A DNA stretch of 64,000 nt from Paraspadella gotoi (GCA_051294375.1 CM119268.1:14217420-14281419), one strand, 5' to 3'; shown: positions 37,518-57,836, numbered from the stretch's first letter. Program-made: numbers and translations. Notes: a model not told the origin generated them from the letters alone.

Positions 37518-38525
37518 TTCTCTCTGGTTCGAGGTGAGAAAGAGCTTCGTCGAATTGTAAAAATAATAGACGCGAGTTACGTAAATGATGTGTGCTCAGA
37601 TGCGCTCCCTTGTCCGTCCCCAGCAGAACTGTTGTTCTTTCTTTTTTTCTTTTTTTCTTTTTTTCTTTCTTCCTCTATTTCTTTGTTTCTTTGTTTCTTT
37701 GTTTCATTGTTTTTTTCTTTGATTCTTTCTTTATGTCTTTCTTTTTTTATATTTTTTCTTTCTCTCTTTTCTTTCTTTCTTTTTTCTTTCTTCCTTTTAT
37801 CATTTTTTCTTCCATATTTCTTTTTTTATTTATTTTCCTCCCCCGCTCTTCACCATCTGAGCGAAACACCCATCCACCCACTCTCCTCTAAACGGGACAA
37901 AAGCCTTCCACTTCTCCCACACAGAGACTGGCTTACTCTTCAATGGTTCCGCAGTGAATCATTCCTCTCCCATCAATTAATCACAAAATCACAAAAGCTT
38001 GCTGTAAAATCTGGATTTAGAATTGTTATAATAAATTTTTCTAATAAATACGCTATACTTTTCCTATTTTGTACCATTACCCACTTGTATATTTTTAATT
38101 TATCTTTAACACCTGCTTTCCGCACAGAAATATTCACAACCTTCATTTTTTGCCGACCTTTTTATTTTTTTTGCCGCTGACAAGAAATACCAGCTGCGCC
38201 ACCTGACACCTTTTCTTCTTCCTCCCAACTCCGACGTCTTGCGTCTTGTCATTCGATTTTGATCTTAGGTTCAACCACAAACTCTTAAATTTACTATCAC
38301 CTCTGGCTCTGGTTAGTTGCCTTTGATCTATCAGACAGTCAACGGAGCCGTTAGTTATGGTTTTGAACCTTACATACTACACCGATTATCATAAGTATTT
38401 ATACTCTCTCTCCCGAGACTCTTTATCCTCTCTCGTTCTTTTTTCTTTTGTCCCTCTCTTAACTAATTTCTATGTACTACAATCTCTCTTTCTCTCATCT
38501 TCTCTCTCTCTCTCTCTCTCTTCTC

Positions 38526-38559
<34 letters not shown>

Positions 38560-39939
38560 TCTCCTCTCTCTCTCTCTCTCTCCTCGCTAACAGAAAAGGT
38601 CTTCCCCCGTCGAAAAGAGTCCCTCCCTTTGCGCAGCCGAGTCTTCTCTCCATACCTCCTCGCGTCGCTGGGTGCCACTGAAGAGGAGGAAAAAGAGGAA
38701 GGAGGAGGAGGAGGAGTAAGAGGAAAGCAGGTAATAGAGGAGGTGTCCCGGACACGCAGGTGAAGGTTGAACAATCTAGAGAGTGCTGAGATGGATCGCT
38801 AGAGGAAGAGGGAGAATTGGAAAGAAAAGGATAGAGAGAGAGAGAGACGAGAGAGGAGAGAAGAGAGGGAGAGAAAGAGACAGACAGAGAAAAGGAATAA
38901 ATAGAGAAAATCTTGGATCAAAAGAAGAAAAAAAATAGTCTAGGATACTGATAAAAAATTAAAAAAAAGAAAAGAAGACGATGAAAAGAATTTTGGAAAG
39001 AAGACAACGAATGTAAAAGAAAGAGAGAAGCGTCAGACAAGACGAAGAAATAGGGGATAGGGCGAATGTGAACTGATAATTGGGCCAAGAGAGGGCAATG
39101 CATAAAAAAAAAAAGAGAATACTCAAATGAAAGGTTTATTAGCCCAGAAATAATGAAAATTACTGGAATATGGATGAACGAATAGGATTTTGTAATTTCT
39201 ATGTGTCTAGGAAGAGGAGTATAAAGACCTAAAGACTAAAAAGGAGAACAAATTCTGAAAACAAGAACGGTGAAATTCCAATCGTGTTGCGCCTACAGTG
39301 ACTATTTTATTTCTACTAGTAGTTTTGAGAATTTCCTGAAGCGCGGCGCGTATCGGTCCCTTAGATTTGAGTTTTTTTCCTGTCTTAACAAATGAGCAAC
39401 TAACTAAAGCGCGAATGAATATAATTTTAATGTAAGTGTGACAGACCGAACGCCCAGACATACTGACCAACAAACCAAGACCGACACGACAGACCGACCG
39501 AAAAAATTACTTATAGATCTCTCGGCGAGTACTTCAATTTTTTGGGAAAAGAGGAAAAAGGTCGGGGCGCGAGCGAAAGGTGGGGTAATGAAAATCTATC
39601 TACTGATGAAAAAAGATAAAACGGTAGATGACAAGGTCAGCGAATTACGAGGACGAAATAACAAAACATTTCTGAATTATAATGTCTCGGTTATAGCGAT
39701 CTTTATCGAACGCAGTTAAAGAATAGAAAAAAAAATGAATACGATCTGAAAAAAAAAAAAGTATAAAAAATTCCCGACGAAAAAAATAAGAAGAAAAGAA
39801 AAAAAAAAAAAACTTGGCCACTCGGTCGGGACGTCGAGATTTAACCCATTCAAGAATTTAAGGGCCTGAATTTTAAAAAAAAGATAGGAAACAAAAAACT
39901 GCTTAGAATATATGGGTGGAGAAAAACAATGAGAGTCTC

Positions 39940-40028
<89 letters not shown>

Positions 40029-42007
40029 ATATCCTTATCCAGTGGCGAAATGTATTTGAAGTTAAAATAACTCGCTCGCCTCCCCCCTTTTTTTTTAACC
40101 CGAGCCCCCATTAACGTTTTCTCGCTTCTCTGACCTTTTTTTCTTCCCTCACCCTAACCATCTTTCCTTTTTAATACCTTCCTCACCTTATCTCAACTCT
40201 TCATTCTTCTCATTCCCTCTTTCCTTCCCCCTCCGCCCTTTCTCCCTCCACTCCCCCCACCGCTAATTGCATGCAGCAGAGTGTTGTAATTATCTCTGAT
40301 TACGCCGACCGACCGTCTCACTACTTATTCATGCAACCCGTGGCGTGAAAGCCCAGCATAAATTCCCTTCACTTTAATTTTGAATTTTAAAAACCGCCGC
40401 CGCTCCTGGCCGCCCCGTTGCCGCGCGCGCCGCGCCGGCCTCTGGCGTATTGGCTGCCTTTCCTTTAAGATCGGTATTCAATTATTCCCGTTAAGCATAT
40501 TAAGTACTTCATCAAAAACTCTGCGAGTTCACGCTGCCACGCAAGGCGAGATGGACACACACGAGCTGGGGGGGATTTAAAAAAATAAGCGTATGGTGAC
40601 TAAGATTAAAACATTTTTTTTTCGTTCGCGTAAACGTATCTATAATCGACGACTTTACCGAGAAAATTTTAAGGTTCGATTCGGAAGAGGTCGTGAATTA
40701 TACCGCTCTGTCATATCGCTTAAACCCATCGTTGGCTGAGCCAAGTAGGCTCAAGACAACTCAATCACATCTATAAAATTAAAGTATAATTGTTAGTTTA
40801 TCGTTTGGACATGTTTCATAATTGATAGATTAAGATATTTGAATTCCCCTCACCCCCCCAAAAAAATTTATACGGTTTAAGCGCTGACACCCTGATTCTA
40901 TTTTTAGAAAAAAAAAAATTCCGGCCGTTGCATTCACCCTGTTGTCGCCAATCTCCGTCCTCTCGGCCTTCGAAAGTTTTTTTTTTCCCTCGTCAAACTT
41001 CCTTCACCCGAATCATGAGGAAGAAAGAAATGAGAAAAAGAAAGAGAAAAAGAAGAAGAAAGAAAAGAGAAAGAGAAACTGAAATAGATACAAAAAGAAA
41101 GAAAGAAGAAGAGAACAAAGAAAGAAAGAAAGAAAGAAAAAGAAAGAAAGAAAAAGGAAAAAAAAAGAAAACAGAAAAAAACACGAAGTCTTTCTCTCGT
41201 TTTAGTCGGGCCTCGCACCCTTCATTAAATATGCCAATTCCCTGCCCCCTCTTCGGCCCTTTCCTGAGCTGGGCGCGCAAATAAGCCCCCCCCCTCAACG
41301 CCCCCCTTTACATACCACCCTCGGTCGCGAATTTTTTAAAAGAAAATTCCACTCCCACCCAACCTTCGAACGACGACGACGTAGAAGACGAAGAGTCGAT
41401 GATTGAACTGGGCGAGGAAGAAGACTGACGACGGGAAGAAGAAAAGAAGTAATAATAACAAGAAGAAGACGATTGTCAAAAAGGCGACGAAAGATGGACA
41501 ACTCACTCACAACTAATTTTATTTTTAATAAAACATTATTAGGAGTTGTGTAACATCACACGTGGACCTAATAAGATCATCTCTCTCTTTTCCCGTTTAA
41601 TTGCCACAGTGTCATGAAGTTCTCTATCAGCTGACGTCTGAAAACAGGAGATACGATGCTTGACAATAAACCACGACGACGACGACATACAACAACAACA
41701 CAACAACAACAACAAGGTCTTCGAACTCAAAATCTCAATCTCCTAAGTTTCGCGCGTAAAAAAAAGAAAGAAAAAAAAAAAGAAAAGAAAATCTCCGCTC
41801 AACCCCGCCCGTCCTTTCTCGCTCCTGACCCGCGGGCCCCTTCTCCGCGAGTCGGCAGAGCCGGGGGTAGCCGTCGATCCGCAGCCGCGGCGCCGCTGTC
41901 TTATCTCCCCCCACGTCCCGGTTCGGGAGCGGGTGTCGGCGGCGGCGGCAGCGGCGGAATTCAAACAAAATCCCCGCGGCATTGTCCACGCTCTCACGCT
42001 CTCTCTC

Positions 42008-42094
<87 letters not shown>

Positions 42095-42538
42095 GCGCCG
42101 GCGCTCGCTCCCTCGCCGACGGTCAGGCGCAGAAGGCATAGTTTCGCGAAGCTCCAACATCTGCCGAAAAGTCATAATTAATGAGAATCGTAAAAAAGTC
42201 TAGAGTTACAAAGAAGGGACTGGAACGCCTCGAGACCGGGAATATGACGTCAGGAGGAGGGAGGAGGAGTGAGGAGGAAGAGGAAGGAAGGAAGGAAGGA
42301 AGGTGGAGCCTTAGAGGAACGAGGCGAGGTGGAGGTATTAATGGAGGAAAGAAATATGAAGAGAAAAAGATCTACGGGAGGGAGAAAATGAAGAGGAGGA
42401 GGCGAGAAAGAAAAAAGGAGGAGGAGGAAGAGGAGCAGGATAACGACACGACGGCGAGACAGATACATATTAGTTCGCCTGTAAATTAGGCTCAGCTTTA
42501 AACCGGCGTTTGAGAAGGAGATGAGGGGGATTGTTGAG

Positions 42539-42609
<71 letters not shown>

Positions 42610-43244
42610 ACGAGAGAGAGAGAGAGAGAAGAGAAGAAGAGAAAGACGAAGGCGGAAAAGAGGACAAGACACACAGAGAGAAACATTGTGTTCGATGTTT
42701 ATGAAAAAGACAAAAAGAAAACTATTACTTTAATATTCGTAAACGAACACAAACAATGTTTAGAAGAGTAATCATATAAATGTCTAATCGTATTAAATTA
42801 GTTACAATAAATTGACCTTTTATGCGAGAAAAGTAAAGGTGTAAAATATAATTGATCAAGACATCCCGAATAAAAACGAGAAAAAGAACTGATAACTTGG
42901 TATAAAATTGACGAAATATCCATATTCAAAATGATAAATATTGTATTATAAATATTGATCGAGAACATCAGAATGAAAACGAAAAAAAACGCCGACATTG
43001 TCATTATGTGTAGAACAGAAAAAACCTTCGAAATATGATTTGGACGCTTCATCTATAGAGACATCCCGGGTAAAAAGAAAGAAAAGAAAAAACTAACATT
43101 GAGTGTAAAAAAAAGGCGTTGGTTGTGAGATGTGAAATGTGACGGGGCGAGCGCGACCTTGACAGAACAAAGCGGACTCTGGAGAGAATTCATCGCCGGC
43201 GTTGAGTCGTTGGGTCAATTATCCACACTGAGGCCAAGGTTCTT

Positions 43245-43309
<65 letters not shown>

Positions 43310-43897
43310 TTCTCTTCTCTCTCTCTCTCTTTTCTTTCCGTCTTTCTTCTCTATCTTCTTTATTCCGTTCATCATTTCAGGTTTGCCTCTTATTTTCTGT
43401 GAAAACTTTTGCTCTTTTTTAAAAAATTACACCCATGATAATATATGTCCATAGTTGATTGTTATTTTAATAATACAGGAGGGAGGGAAAACGGTGCCAA
43501 TTCCTTAAAGAACAAGTGAAATAGTGAAATAACACTTTACGAGTCATCTCCTTTAAACGATGGCGATCACGAAAAAAATCTGACGTCCTTTCTCACTAAT
43601 GGCTCTCGTGTCCTAAGGTACAATTTTTTTTCCCTTTTACACGAATCCCTCGAACCTCTCATCCTCTTTCTCTTCCTCCCGTCCCTCCCGTCCCTCCTCT
43701 CCTCCGGTGACCAAAATCCCCTGCGTTGACCCGAAGGACATTGCATGACCTTTGGGGTGACCTTTGAACTCTGACAACATTCACCCTCGCCCTGTTTTCG
43801 ATCGCCGAAAAAAAAATGTGACGGACCAAAATAATGTTTTCCCTCTCTTTTTGGCGACACCTGGTAAGTGGAATAGAGTATTGCGATTAGATAGTTG

Positions 43898-43962
43898 GCG
43901 AATGGCGAATGGTGATGAGTGAATGGTGAATGGTGAATGCTGAATGGTGAATGGCGAATGGT
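43898..43962. repeat. (TGGYGAA)n heptamer repeat, also at 55759-55825
   Basis: tggcgaa/tggtgaa units. Confidence 0.85.
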
Positions 43963-45961
43963 ACTGCTAGTGCCTACAGATAGCGAAAGGCTGAAGTTTT
44001 ATTTAGACAATAAATAATCTAAAAAAAAATCGACCTCCAATTTAATAAAAATAATTGAACAGCTGATGGGAAACCTCGCGGGCGGCGCCATTAGCCAAAC
44101 TAAGTCGTCATCAGCTCGAATTCGATAGGAGATCCTCTCTTCCTTCTCCACCGCGTTAGAGTATAACTGGTCAGGCAGATAGTCAGACTTCGCACGCCTC
44201 CCACGTCCCAGGGAACAAATTTGAAACAAACAGAGGGCGAGAGGGAATTTGAAGTAAATGAAATGAAAGAATGAAAGGAAAGGAAGAGATGGAGAAATGA
44301 AGAAAGAAAGAAATGAAAAAAAAAAGAAAGAAAGAAACTCATAAAAGCGGCTGAGAGTTCGACGCTTCCGTCCACGGGGAATCCTTTCCTTTTTTCTCTC
44401 CCCCCCCTTTTTCTCCCGGAGAAAGTAAATTACCGGCCTCTTCCCCTTTTTTTCCTTTTTTTTCTCCTTTTCTTTCCTCCTTTTTTTTCCGCCACGCGAA
44501 ATTTGATTTATTCGTGGTGGGGAAGCGAAGGCGTCGCCGAGCGACTTATCCCTCTTTCTTTTTTTTGCATCTGGTCAATTTCTTACCATTAACTCCATCT
44601 GCCTTTTCCTTCGTCTCCCACGCTTCCTCTTCCTCCTCCTCTCCTCCTCCTTCCCTCTCCTCCTCCTCTTCCCGCCATTCCAATTTCTCAATAAGGTTCG
44701 CTATCTCTTTTTATTCAAATAAATTTTCTTTCTCGTCTTTTTCCTCGACTTTCACCCTTCTTTTTCTTTAATCTCTCCGTCCATTTCAGGTATAATATTT
44801 ATTCATCTACCAAAAGGTTTTGACCCATTAAATTCATCCGGTAGGTCTTAAAAGTGTAACGCACTTCCCTTATCGTACGTCCCCTGCCAATCTCCCTACA
44901 CCCCCCGCCCTCTCCCACTGCCCGCCACATCTTGACAACTCGTCGGCCTTTGAACGTCCAACGAGCGTCTCGAGGAAGAAAAGAAAGACGTTATGGGATG
45001 CGGTTGCTTCTGAAAAAAAAAAAGCGACTCGTTGAGAGCCGAAAATGCGCGGGGAAATGTGTTCCAAAAAACGGGTCTGTTATGGACGAAAAAAAAAGCA
45101 GAAATTTTGTGTCATATTGAAGAATCAATACAACAACAAAACAAATAAAAGGCCATGACAGCAAAATATTATAATTTTAACTTATAATTTTTAATCTTTA
45201 ACGATGAATAAACGTCTTGCCAGTTGCTTTGGGTGGATTCCAGTTTATTACGCAATCCAAAAATGCTGTCATAATTAACTAATATGTAATTAAGTAACAT
45301 GAGTGGCCAACCATGTTTCTAAGCTATGTTAAAACGCTGCACATTTACCTCGAGCTCCAATTTTTTTAAATTTCCCCTTTCTTCCTTCATTAGTCTATTT
45401 GTCATTGTTGTTGTTTTGTTTTTTCTTCCTTTCATTTTTCCCCTTTTCTCTTTGGCCGCTGGCGCTAAATCGTCCCTGGCGTTCGATTCTTTCGCGTCAT
45501 CGGCTTCGTGAAGTGAAGTCGACGACGAACAAAAAATGGAATGAAGAAATGGCGAAGACAGGGAAGAAACGAAAAAAAAAGGAAAATAGCTGACAAAAAT
45601 GCTGATATTGAAATGGATTGTTATTAATGCCAAATTACAAAAACATCATCGACATAATTTTAAAACCAAATATTATTCGGCGAGATTCAAATTATTTAAT
45701 GTAGTCAAAAAAAAAAACAACTAACAACAACCCAACAAGTGACCTATTACTCCAAATAATGAATTGCATAACTAAAAATAAGATGAAAAAATAGAACAAG
45801 ATCGGATAATTCCAATGATGGTTGCGCCGCAGTGATTTTATTTTCACGTATATCGAAACATGATATGAAATGACGTGATATAACTAAAGAACTTTTTTGC
45901 CCATGTATTTATGACACTCACTGCATCAAAATTCTGNNNNNNNNNNNNNNNNNNNNNNNNN

Positions 45962-45983
45962 TCTCTCTTTCTCCTTCTTCTCT

Positions 45984-46022
<39 letters not shown>

Positions 46023-47030
46023 CTCTCTCTCTCCTCTCTCTCTCTCTCTCTTCGTATATCCTTATCCCAGTGGGCGAAATGTATTTGAAAGTTAAAATAA
46101 CTCGCTCGCCTCCCCCTTTTTTTTTAACCCGAGCCCCATTAACGTTTTCTCGCTTCTCTGACCTTTTTTTCTCCCTCACCCTAACCATCTTTCCTTTTTA
46201 TACCTTCTTCCTCACCTTATCCTCAACTCTTCATTCTTCCCTACATTCCCTCTTTCCTTCCCCCTCCGCCCTTTCTCCCTCCACTCCCCCCACCGCTAAT
46301 TGCATGCAGCCAGAGTGTGTAAGTATCTCTGATTACGCCGACCGACGTCTCACTACTTATTCATGCAACCCGTGGCGTGAAAGCCCAGCATAAATTCCCT
46401 TCACTTTAATTTTGAATTTTTAAAAACCGCCGCCGCTCCTGGCCGCCCCGTTCGCCGCGCCGCGCCGCGCCGCGCCTCTGGCGTTGCCTTTCCTTTAAGA
46501 TCGTATTTCAATTATTCCCGTTAAGCAATTTAAGTACTTCATTCCAAAAACATCTGCGGAGTTCACGTGCCACGCAAGGCGAGATGGACACACACGAGCT
46601 GGGCGGGGATTTAAAAAAAAAGCCGTATGGGACTAAGATTAACATTTTTTTTTTTCGTTCGCGTAAACCGTATCTATAATCGACTGACTTTACGATGAAA
46701 ATTTTAATGGTTCGATCGGAAGAGGTCGTGAATTATACGCTCTGTCATATCGCTTAAACCATCGTTGGCTGAGCAAAAGTAGGCTCAAGACAACTCAATC
46801 TCATCTTTAAAATTAAAATATNNNNNNNNNNATCGCTTAAACCATCGATGGCTGAGCAAAAGTAGGCTCAAGACAACTCAATCACATCTATAAAATTAAA
46901 GTATAATTGTTAGTTTATCGTTTGGACATGTTTCATAATTGTAGATTAAGATATTTGAATTCCCCTCACCCCCCCAAAAAAATTTATACGGTTTAAGCGT
47001 GACACCCTGATTCTATTTTTAGAAAAAAAA
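45962..47030 (+). repeat. Direct copy of ~39950-40920, bounded by 25-N gaps
   Basis: ttcgtatatccttatcc..gtggcgaaatgtatttgaa at 40024 and 46051; colinear up to the gap. Confidence 0.95.
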
Positions 47031-47055
47031 NNNNNNNNNNNNNNNNNNNNNNNNN

Positions 47056-48029
47056 GAAAAAAAAAACTTTCGAAGGCCGAGAGGACGGAGATTGGCGACA
47101 ACAGGGTGAATGCAACGGCCGGAATTTTTTTTTTTCTAAAAATAGAATCAGGGTGTCAGCGCTTAAACCGTATAAATTTTTTTGGGGGGGTGAGGGGAAT
47201 TCAAATATCTTAATCTATCAATTATGAAACATGTCCAAACGATAAACTAACAATTATACTTTAATTTTATAGATGTGATTGAGTTGTCTTGAGCCTACTT
47301 TGCTCAGCCATCGATGTTTAAGCGATATGACAGAGCGTATAATTCACGACCTCTTCCGATCGAACCATTAAAATTTTCATCGTAAAGTCAGTCGATTATA
47401 GATACGGTTTACGCGAACGAAAAAAAAAAATGTTAATCTTAGTCCCATACGGCTTTTTTTTTAAATCCCCGCCCAGCTCGTGTGTGTCCATCTCGCCTTG
47501 CGTGCAGCGTGAACTCGCAGAGTTTTTGGATGAAGTACTTAATATGCTTAACGGGAATAATTGAATACCGATCTTAAAGGAAAGGCAGCCAATACGCCAG
47601 AGGCCGGCGCGGCGCGGCGAACGGGCGGCCAGGAGCGGCGGCGGTTTTTTAAAATTCAAAATTAAAGTGAAGGGAATTTATGCTGGCTTTCACGCCACGG
47701 GTTGCATGAATAAGTAGTGAGACGTCGGTCGGCGTAATCAGAGATATTACACACCTGGCTGCATGCATTTAGCGGTGGGGGGAGTGGAGGGAGAAAGGGC
47801 GGGGGGGAAGGAAAGGAGGAATTGGAGAAGAATGAAGAGTTGAGATAAGGTGAGGAAGGTATTAAAAAAGGAAGATTAGGGATGAGGGAAGAAAAAAAAG
47901 GTCAGAGAAGCGAGAAAACGTTAATGGGGGCTCGGGTTAAAAAAAAAGGGGGGAGGCGAGCGAGTTATTTTAACTTCAAATACATTTTCGGCCACTGGAT
48001 AAGGATATGACGAAGAGAGAGAGAGAGAG

Positions 48030-48101
<72 letters not shown>

Positions 48102-49410
48102 TGAGAGAGAGAGACTCTCATTGTTTTTCTCCACCCCATATATTCTAAGCAGTTTTTTTGTTTCCTATCTTTTTTTTTAATTCAGGCGCCTTAAATTCTT
48201 GAATGGGTTAATCTCGACGTCCCGACCGAGTGGCCAAGTTTTTTTTTTTTTTCTTCTTCTTCTTATTTTTTTTCGTCGGGAATTTTTTATCTTTTTTTTT
48301 TTTCAGATCGTATTCATTTTTTTTTCTATATTTTACTGCGTTCATAAAATCGCTAAACCGAGACATATAATCAGAAATGTTTTGTTATTTCGTCCTCGTA
48401 ATTCGCGTGACTCTTCCATCTACGCGTTTTATCTTTATCACGTAGATAGATTTCATTACCCCACCCTTTCGCTCGCCCCCGACCTTTTTCCTCTTTTCCC
48501 AAAATTGAAGTACTCGCCGAGAGACTCTATAAGTAATTTTCGGTCGTCTGTCGGTCTGGTTGGTTTGTTGGTCAGTATGTCTGGCCGTTTCGGTCTGTCA
48601 CACTTACATAAAATCTATATTCAATTCGCCTTTAGTTAGTTGCTCATTTGTTAAGACAGGAAAAAAACTCAAATCTAAGGGACCGATACGCGCCGCCTTC
48701 AGGAAATTCTAAAACTATAAGAAATAAAATAGTCACTGTAGGCCAACACGATTGGAATCACCGTTCTTGTTTTCAGAATTGTTCTCCTTTTTAGTCTTTA
48801 GTCTTTAACTCCTCTTCCTAGACACATAGAAATTACACAATCCTATTCGTTCATCCATATTCCAGTAATTTTCATTATTTCTGGGCTAATAAACCTTTCA
48901 TTTGAGTATTCTCTTTTTTTTTTTATGCATTGCCCTCTCTTGGCCCAATTATCAGTTCACATTCGCCCTATCCCCTATTTCTTCGTCTTGTCTGACGCTT
49001 CTCTCTTTCTTTTACATTCGTTGTCTTCTTTCCAAAATTCTTTTCATCGTCTTCTTTTCTTTTTTTTAATTTTTTATCAGTATCCTAGACTATTTTTTTT
49101 CTTCTTTTGATCCAAGATTTTCTCTATTTATTCCTTTTCTCTGTCTGTCTCTTTCTCTCCCTCTCTTCTCTCTCGTCTCTCTCTCTCTCTATCTCTTTTC
49201 TTTCAATTCTCCCTCTTCCTCAGCTCCATCTCAGCACTCTCTAGATTGTTTCAACCTTCACCCTTCCGACACTCCTCTATTCCTGCTTCCTCTACTCCTC
49301 CTCCTCCTCCTCCTTTTCCTCCTTCTTCTGGCCCCCAGCGACGCGAGGAGGAGGAAAGACTCGGCGCCAAAGGAGGGACTTTCGGACGGGGAAGACCTTT
49401 CTGGTTGAGC

Positions 49411-49452
<42 letters not shown>

Positions 49453-49459
49453 AAGAGAT

Positions 49460-49506
<47 letters not shown>

Positions 49507-50583
49507 GAGAGATTGTTGACATAGAAATAGTAAGAGAGGGAAAAGAAAAAAGAACGAGAGAGAAAAGAGTGAGAGAGAGTAAATAACTTATGATAATCGG
49601 TGAAGTAGTAGTCAAAACATAACTACGTCTTGACTGTCTGATAGATAAAGGCAACTAACCAGAGCCAGAGGTGATAGTAAATTAAGAGTTTGTGTTGACC
49701 TAAGATCAAATCGATGACAAGCGCAAGCGTCGGGGAGGAAGAAGAAAAGGTGTCAGGTGGCGCAGCTGGTATTTCTTGTCAGCGGCAAAAAAAATAAAAA
49801 GGTCGGAAAAATGAAGGTTGTGAATATTCTGTGCGGAAAGCAGGTGTTAAAGATAAATTAAAATATAAGTGGTAATGGTACAAAATAGGAAAGTATAGCG
49901 TATTTATTAGAAAAATTTATTATAGACAATTCTAAATCCAGATTTTTACAGCAAGCTTTGTGATTTTGTGATTAATTGATGGGAGAGGAATGATTCACTG
50001 CGAACCATTGAAGAGTAAGCCAGTCTCTGTGTGGAGAAGTGGAGGCTTTTTGTCCCGTTTAGAGGAGAGTGGGTGGATGGGTGTTTCGCTCAGATGGTGA
50101 AGAGCGGGAGGAAAATAAATACAAAAAAGAAATATGGAAGAAAAAATGAATAAAAGGAAGAAAGAAAAAAGAAAGAAAGAAAAGAGAGAAAGAAAAAATA
50201 TAAAAAAAAAAGACATAAAGAAAGAATCAAAGAAAAAACAATGAAACAAAGAAACAAAGAAACAAAGAAATAGAGGAAGAAAGGAAAAAAGAAAAAAGAA
50301 AGAAAAGAAAGAACAACAGTTCTGCTTGGGGAAGGACAAGGGAGCGCATCTGAGCACACATCATTTACGTACTCGCGTCTATTATTTTTACAATTCGACG
50401 AAGCTCTTTCTCACTCTGAACCAGAGAGAAGAGAGAGAGAGAGAAAAGAGAGAGAAGGAAAGAGAGAGAGAGAGAGCAAGTCATCGACCGCTACTTCCGG
50501 TTTCGTTTGGCCTCAATTTAGAATCGACGTGGGCCGAAGGTTAAAAGTGAGTGACAGTCAGACTCTTGATGGTTTTTAAAGTG

Positions 50584-50628
<45 letters not shown>

Positions 50629-50784
50629 AAGAGAGAGAGCAAGAAAGAGAGAGATAGAGAGAGAGAGAGAGAGCAAGTCATCGACCGGCTACTCCGGTTT
50701 CGGTTTGGCCTCAATTAGAATCGACGCGGGCCGAAGTTTAAAAGTGAGTGAACAGTCAGACTCTGATGGTTTTTAAAGTGTGAT

Positions 50785-50800
<16 letters not shown>
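47056..50800 (-). repeat. Inverted copy of ~37100-40988
   Basis: 47056 gaaaaaaaaaactttcgaaggccgag is the reverse complement of 40960-40988; the identical ORF MHCPLLAQLSVHIRP occurs at 38918-39103(-) and 48925-49110(+). Confidence 0.95.
48505..48700 (+). mobile_element. HINE-like element (inverted copy at 39340-39540)
   Basis: ..ctcgccgagagactctataag followed by a (GGTC/GTCT) tract, the same layout as the other HINE-like copies. Confidence 0.35.
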
Positions 50801-50817
<17 letters not shown>

Positions 50818-51267
50818 TGAGAGAGAGAAAGAGCAAGAGAAAAAGAGAGAGAGATAGAGAGAGAGGAGAGGAGAGAGGAGGCATATGGTTGACTTTACCG
50901 CCACTGTCTCGACCATGAATAGGCCAGCCGCGAGTGACCCCGTGAGACACCTCGGCGGCGGAGTAGGTTCGCTCGTCTCTCCGCGGGTTTTCACTGCAAC
51001 GAAAATGACTCCTCCTCCTCATTCACCACCTTCGCTCCTTTTTCCGCGGTTCATTCGGGAGACTTTCGCGATATTTTGCCGATTTTCTCTTTTCTCTCTT
51101 CAATTTCTCCAGCTCTCTCTTTATTGCTTTTCGGTTTAGTTATTAACTTTTTTTTTCTGTCTACTGGCAGGGGTAGCCGCACTCAAATTCAAAAATTCTT
51201 TGTAAATCTTTATACAACCACGAAAAGAAAGGATATACCATGGATAAAAATTAAAATAAAATGGCAT

Positions 51268-51414
51268 AATTTTACTTTTACCGACCGGAGTAGTTAGGAT
51301 TAGAATGGTTTATGGTTAGGAAAATTGGTAATAATTTTTAAAAAAAATGTTTAAATAAATATTTTAGGTATTTTTTCAAAAAACGCCAAAACCCCGGTCG
51401 TCAAAAGTAAAATT
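51268..51414. mobile_element. Small element with 21-bp imperfect TIRs
   Basis: aattttacttttaccgaccgg ... ccggtcgtcaaaagtaaaatt around a (g)gttagg-containing core. Confidence 0.45.
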
Positions 51415-52150
51415 TTAACAATAAAATTATCGAATTTTTTTTCATAATTTTTAATTTTGTACTATCACTTTACTTTGCTTTGTCAGTCTGGTTCAAGTTT
51501 AACTTTGTCTTTTGTCTAGGAATTCTGACAGTGGTTTAGAGATGTCGCGTTCGATCACACTGCTCGCTTATGCGGGCTAAAAGTAAAACAAAAGTTCCTT
51601 TAATAATGTCTCTCCAGACTTACCACTTGCTACAGTTATACATAAATTAAACTCGAAAATAAGTTATTTAACTGTTAATATCAATAATAGTTTTTCAGAA
51701 TAGTCATTCTTACAAGATGCGATCTCATTAAATCATTTTTTCTATGGGATTTACTTGCAGCAGAAAATAATTGTAAGAAATTAGATATTAGAAAAAAGAA
51801 AGACATCGAATATATTACTTATGAAAAAAATGATGTTATTCTTACATATTTTTCTGCTGGAAAGAAGACTACAAAAAAATGCCTCAATTATAAATATATT
51901 TCACTGCTCATAAATTATATTTAATATATTGAGACTTTAAAAGTGATAAACCTTATAGTTATACATCTTGATAAGGTTAAAAGATTGTTTATCAAATCTG
52001 AAATGATCATATTGCATTGGGAAGCATATTTTTTTACTATATATGTTTTATTCTTTTTTCACTATAAAAAAATTAGCTAAAGAAATTTCTGCAGGTATCT
52101 CACATAAAAATATTCAGCCTTCCTCATGAATATTTTTCAAGTTTTATTTT

Positions 52151-52362
52151 TAGATGTGATATTTAACATTGTAACATTTAAAAAAGCACCGAGAAAAATA
52201 ATAAAAAATAGAAAGCAAAAACTTAAGAGAAGAGAAAAAGAGTCAGAGCGGTATTAGATGTGATTATTGTAACACATTGGTAACATTAAAAAGCTCGATA
52301 AAATAATAAAAATAGAAAAACAAAAACTTAGAGAGAGAGAGAAAAATAGTCAAAGCGGTATT
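52151..52362. repeat. Two ~105-bp tandem units
   Basis: tagatgtgat..gtaacatt..aaaatagaaa..caaaaactta.gag..agtca.agcggtat x2. Confidence 0.75.
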
Positions 52363-52779
52363 TTCGCGGATCTTTCGCCACCGAGACCCGCGACGATCGC
52401 CCGTAGGTAGAGAAGGAAGAGGATCTCGTCATTTTCCGAGAGTCACCGACGCGGATGACCTCCGACTTCGACTGGCGGTAAGGGAGAGAGGAGCGGAAGG
52501 AAGGGGAAGCCTTTTGGTCGTCTCCGGCTCGGCGATTGTCGACCAACCCCATGAGAGAGAAGAGAAGAGAGAGAGAGAGCAAGTCATTGACCGCTCGGGC
52601 CCTCTTTTTTCTCTTACCTGCTCGCTGTGCTCCCCGCGCGTCACCCCCTCATCTCACCCCATCTTGCCCGCGCCAGCGCACCTACGTGATGAGCGGCCTT
52701 GAGCAACTGACCTGTGCGACTGGTTTTGGTTTTTTTGGCCTCAATTAAATCGACGCGGGTCCGAAGGTAAAAGTGGAGT

Positions 52780-57836
<5,057 letters not shown>

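Noticed and set aside
46749-46905. Short tandem duplication around a 10-N gap (also 59885-60035)
   Set aside because: Typical unmerged contig overlap, not biology.
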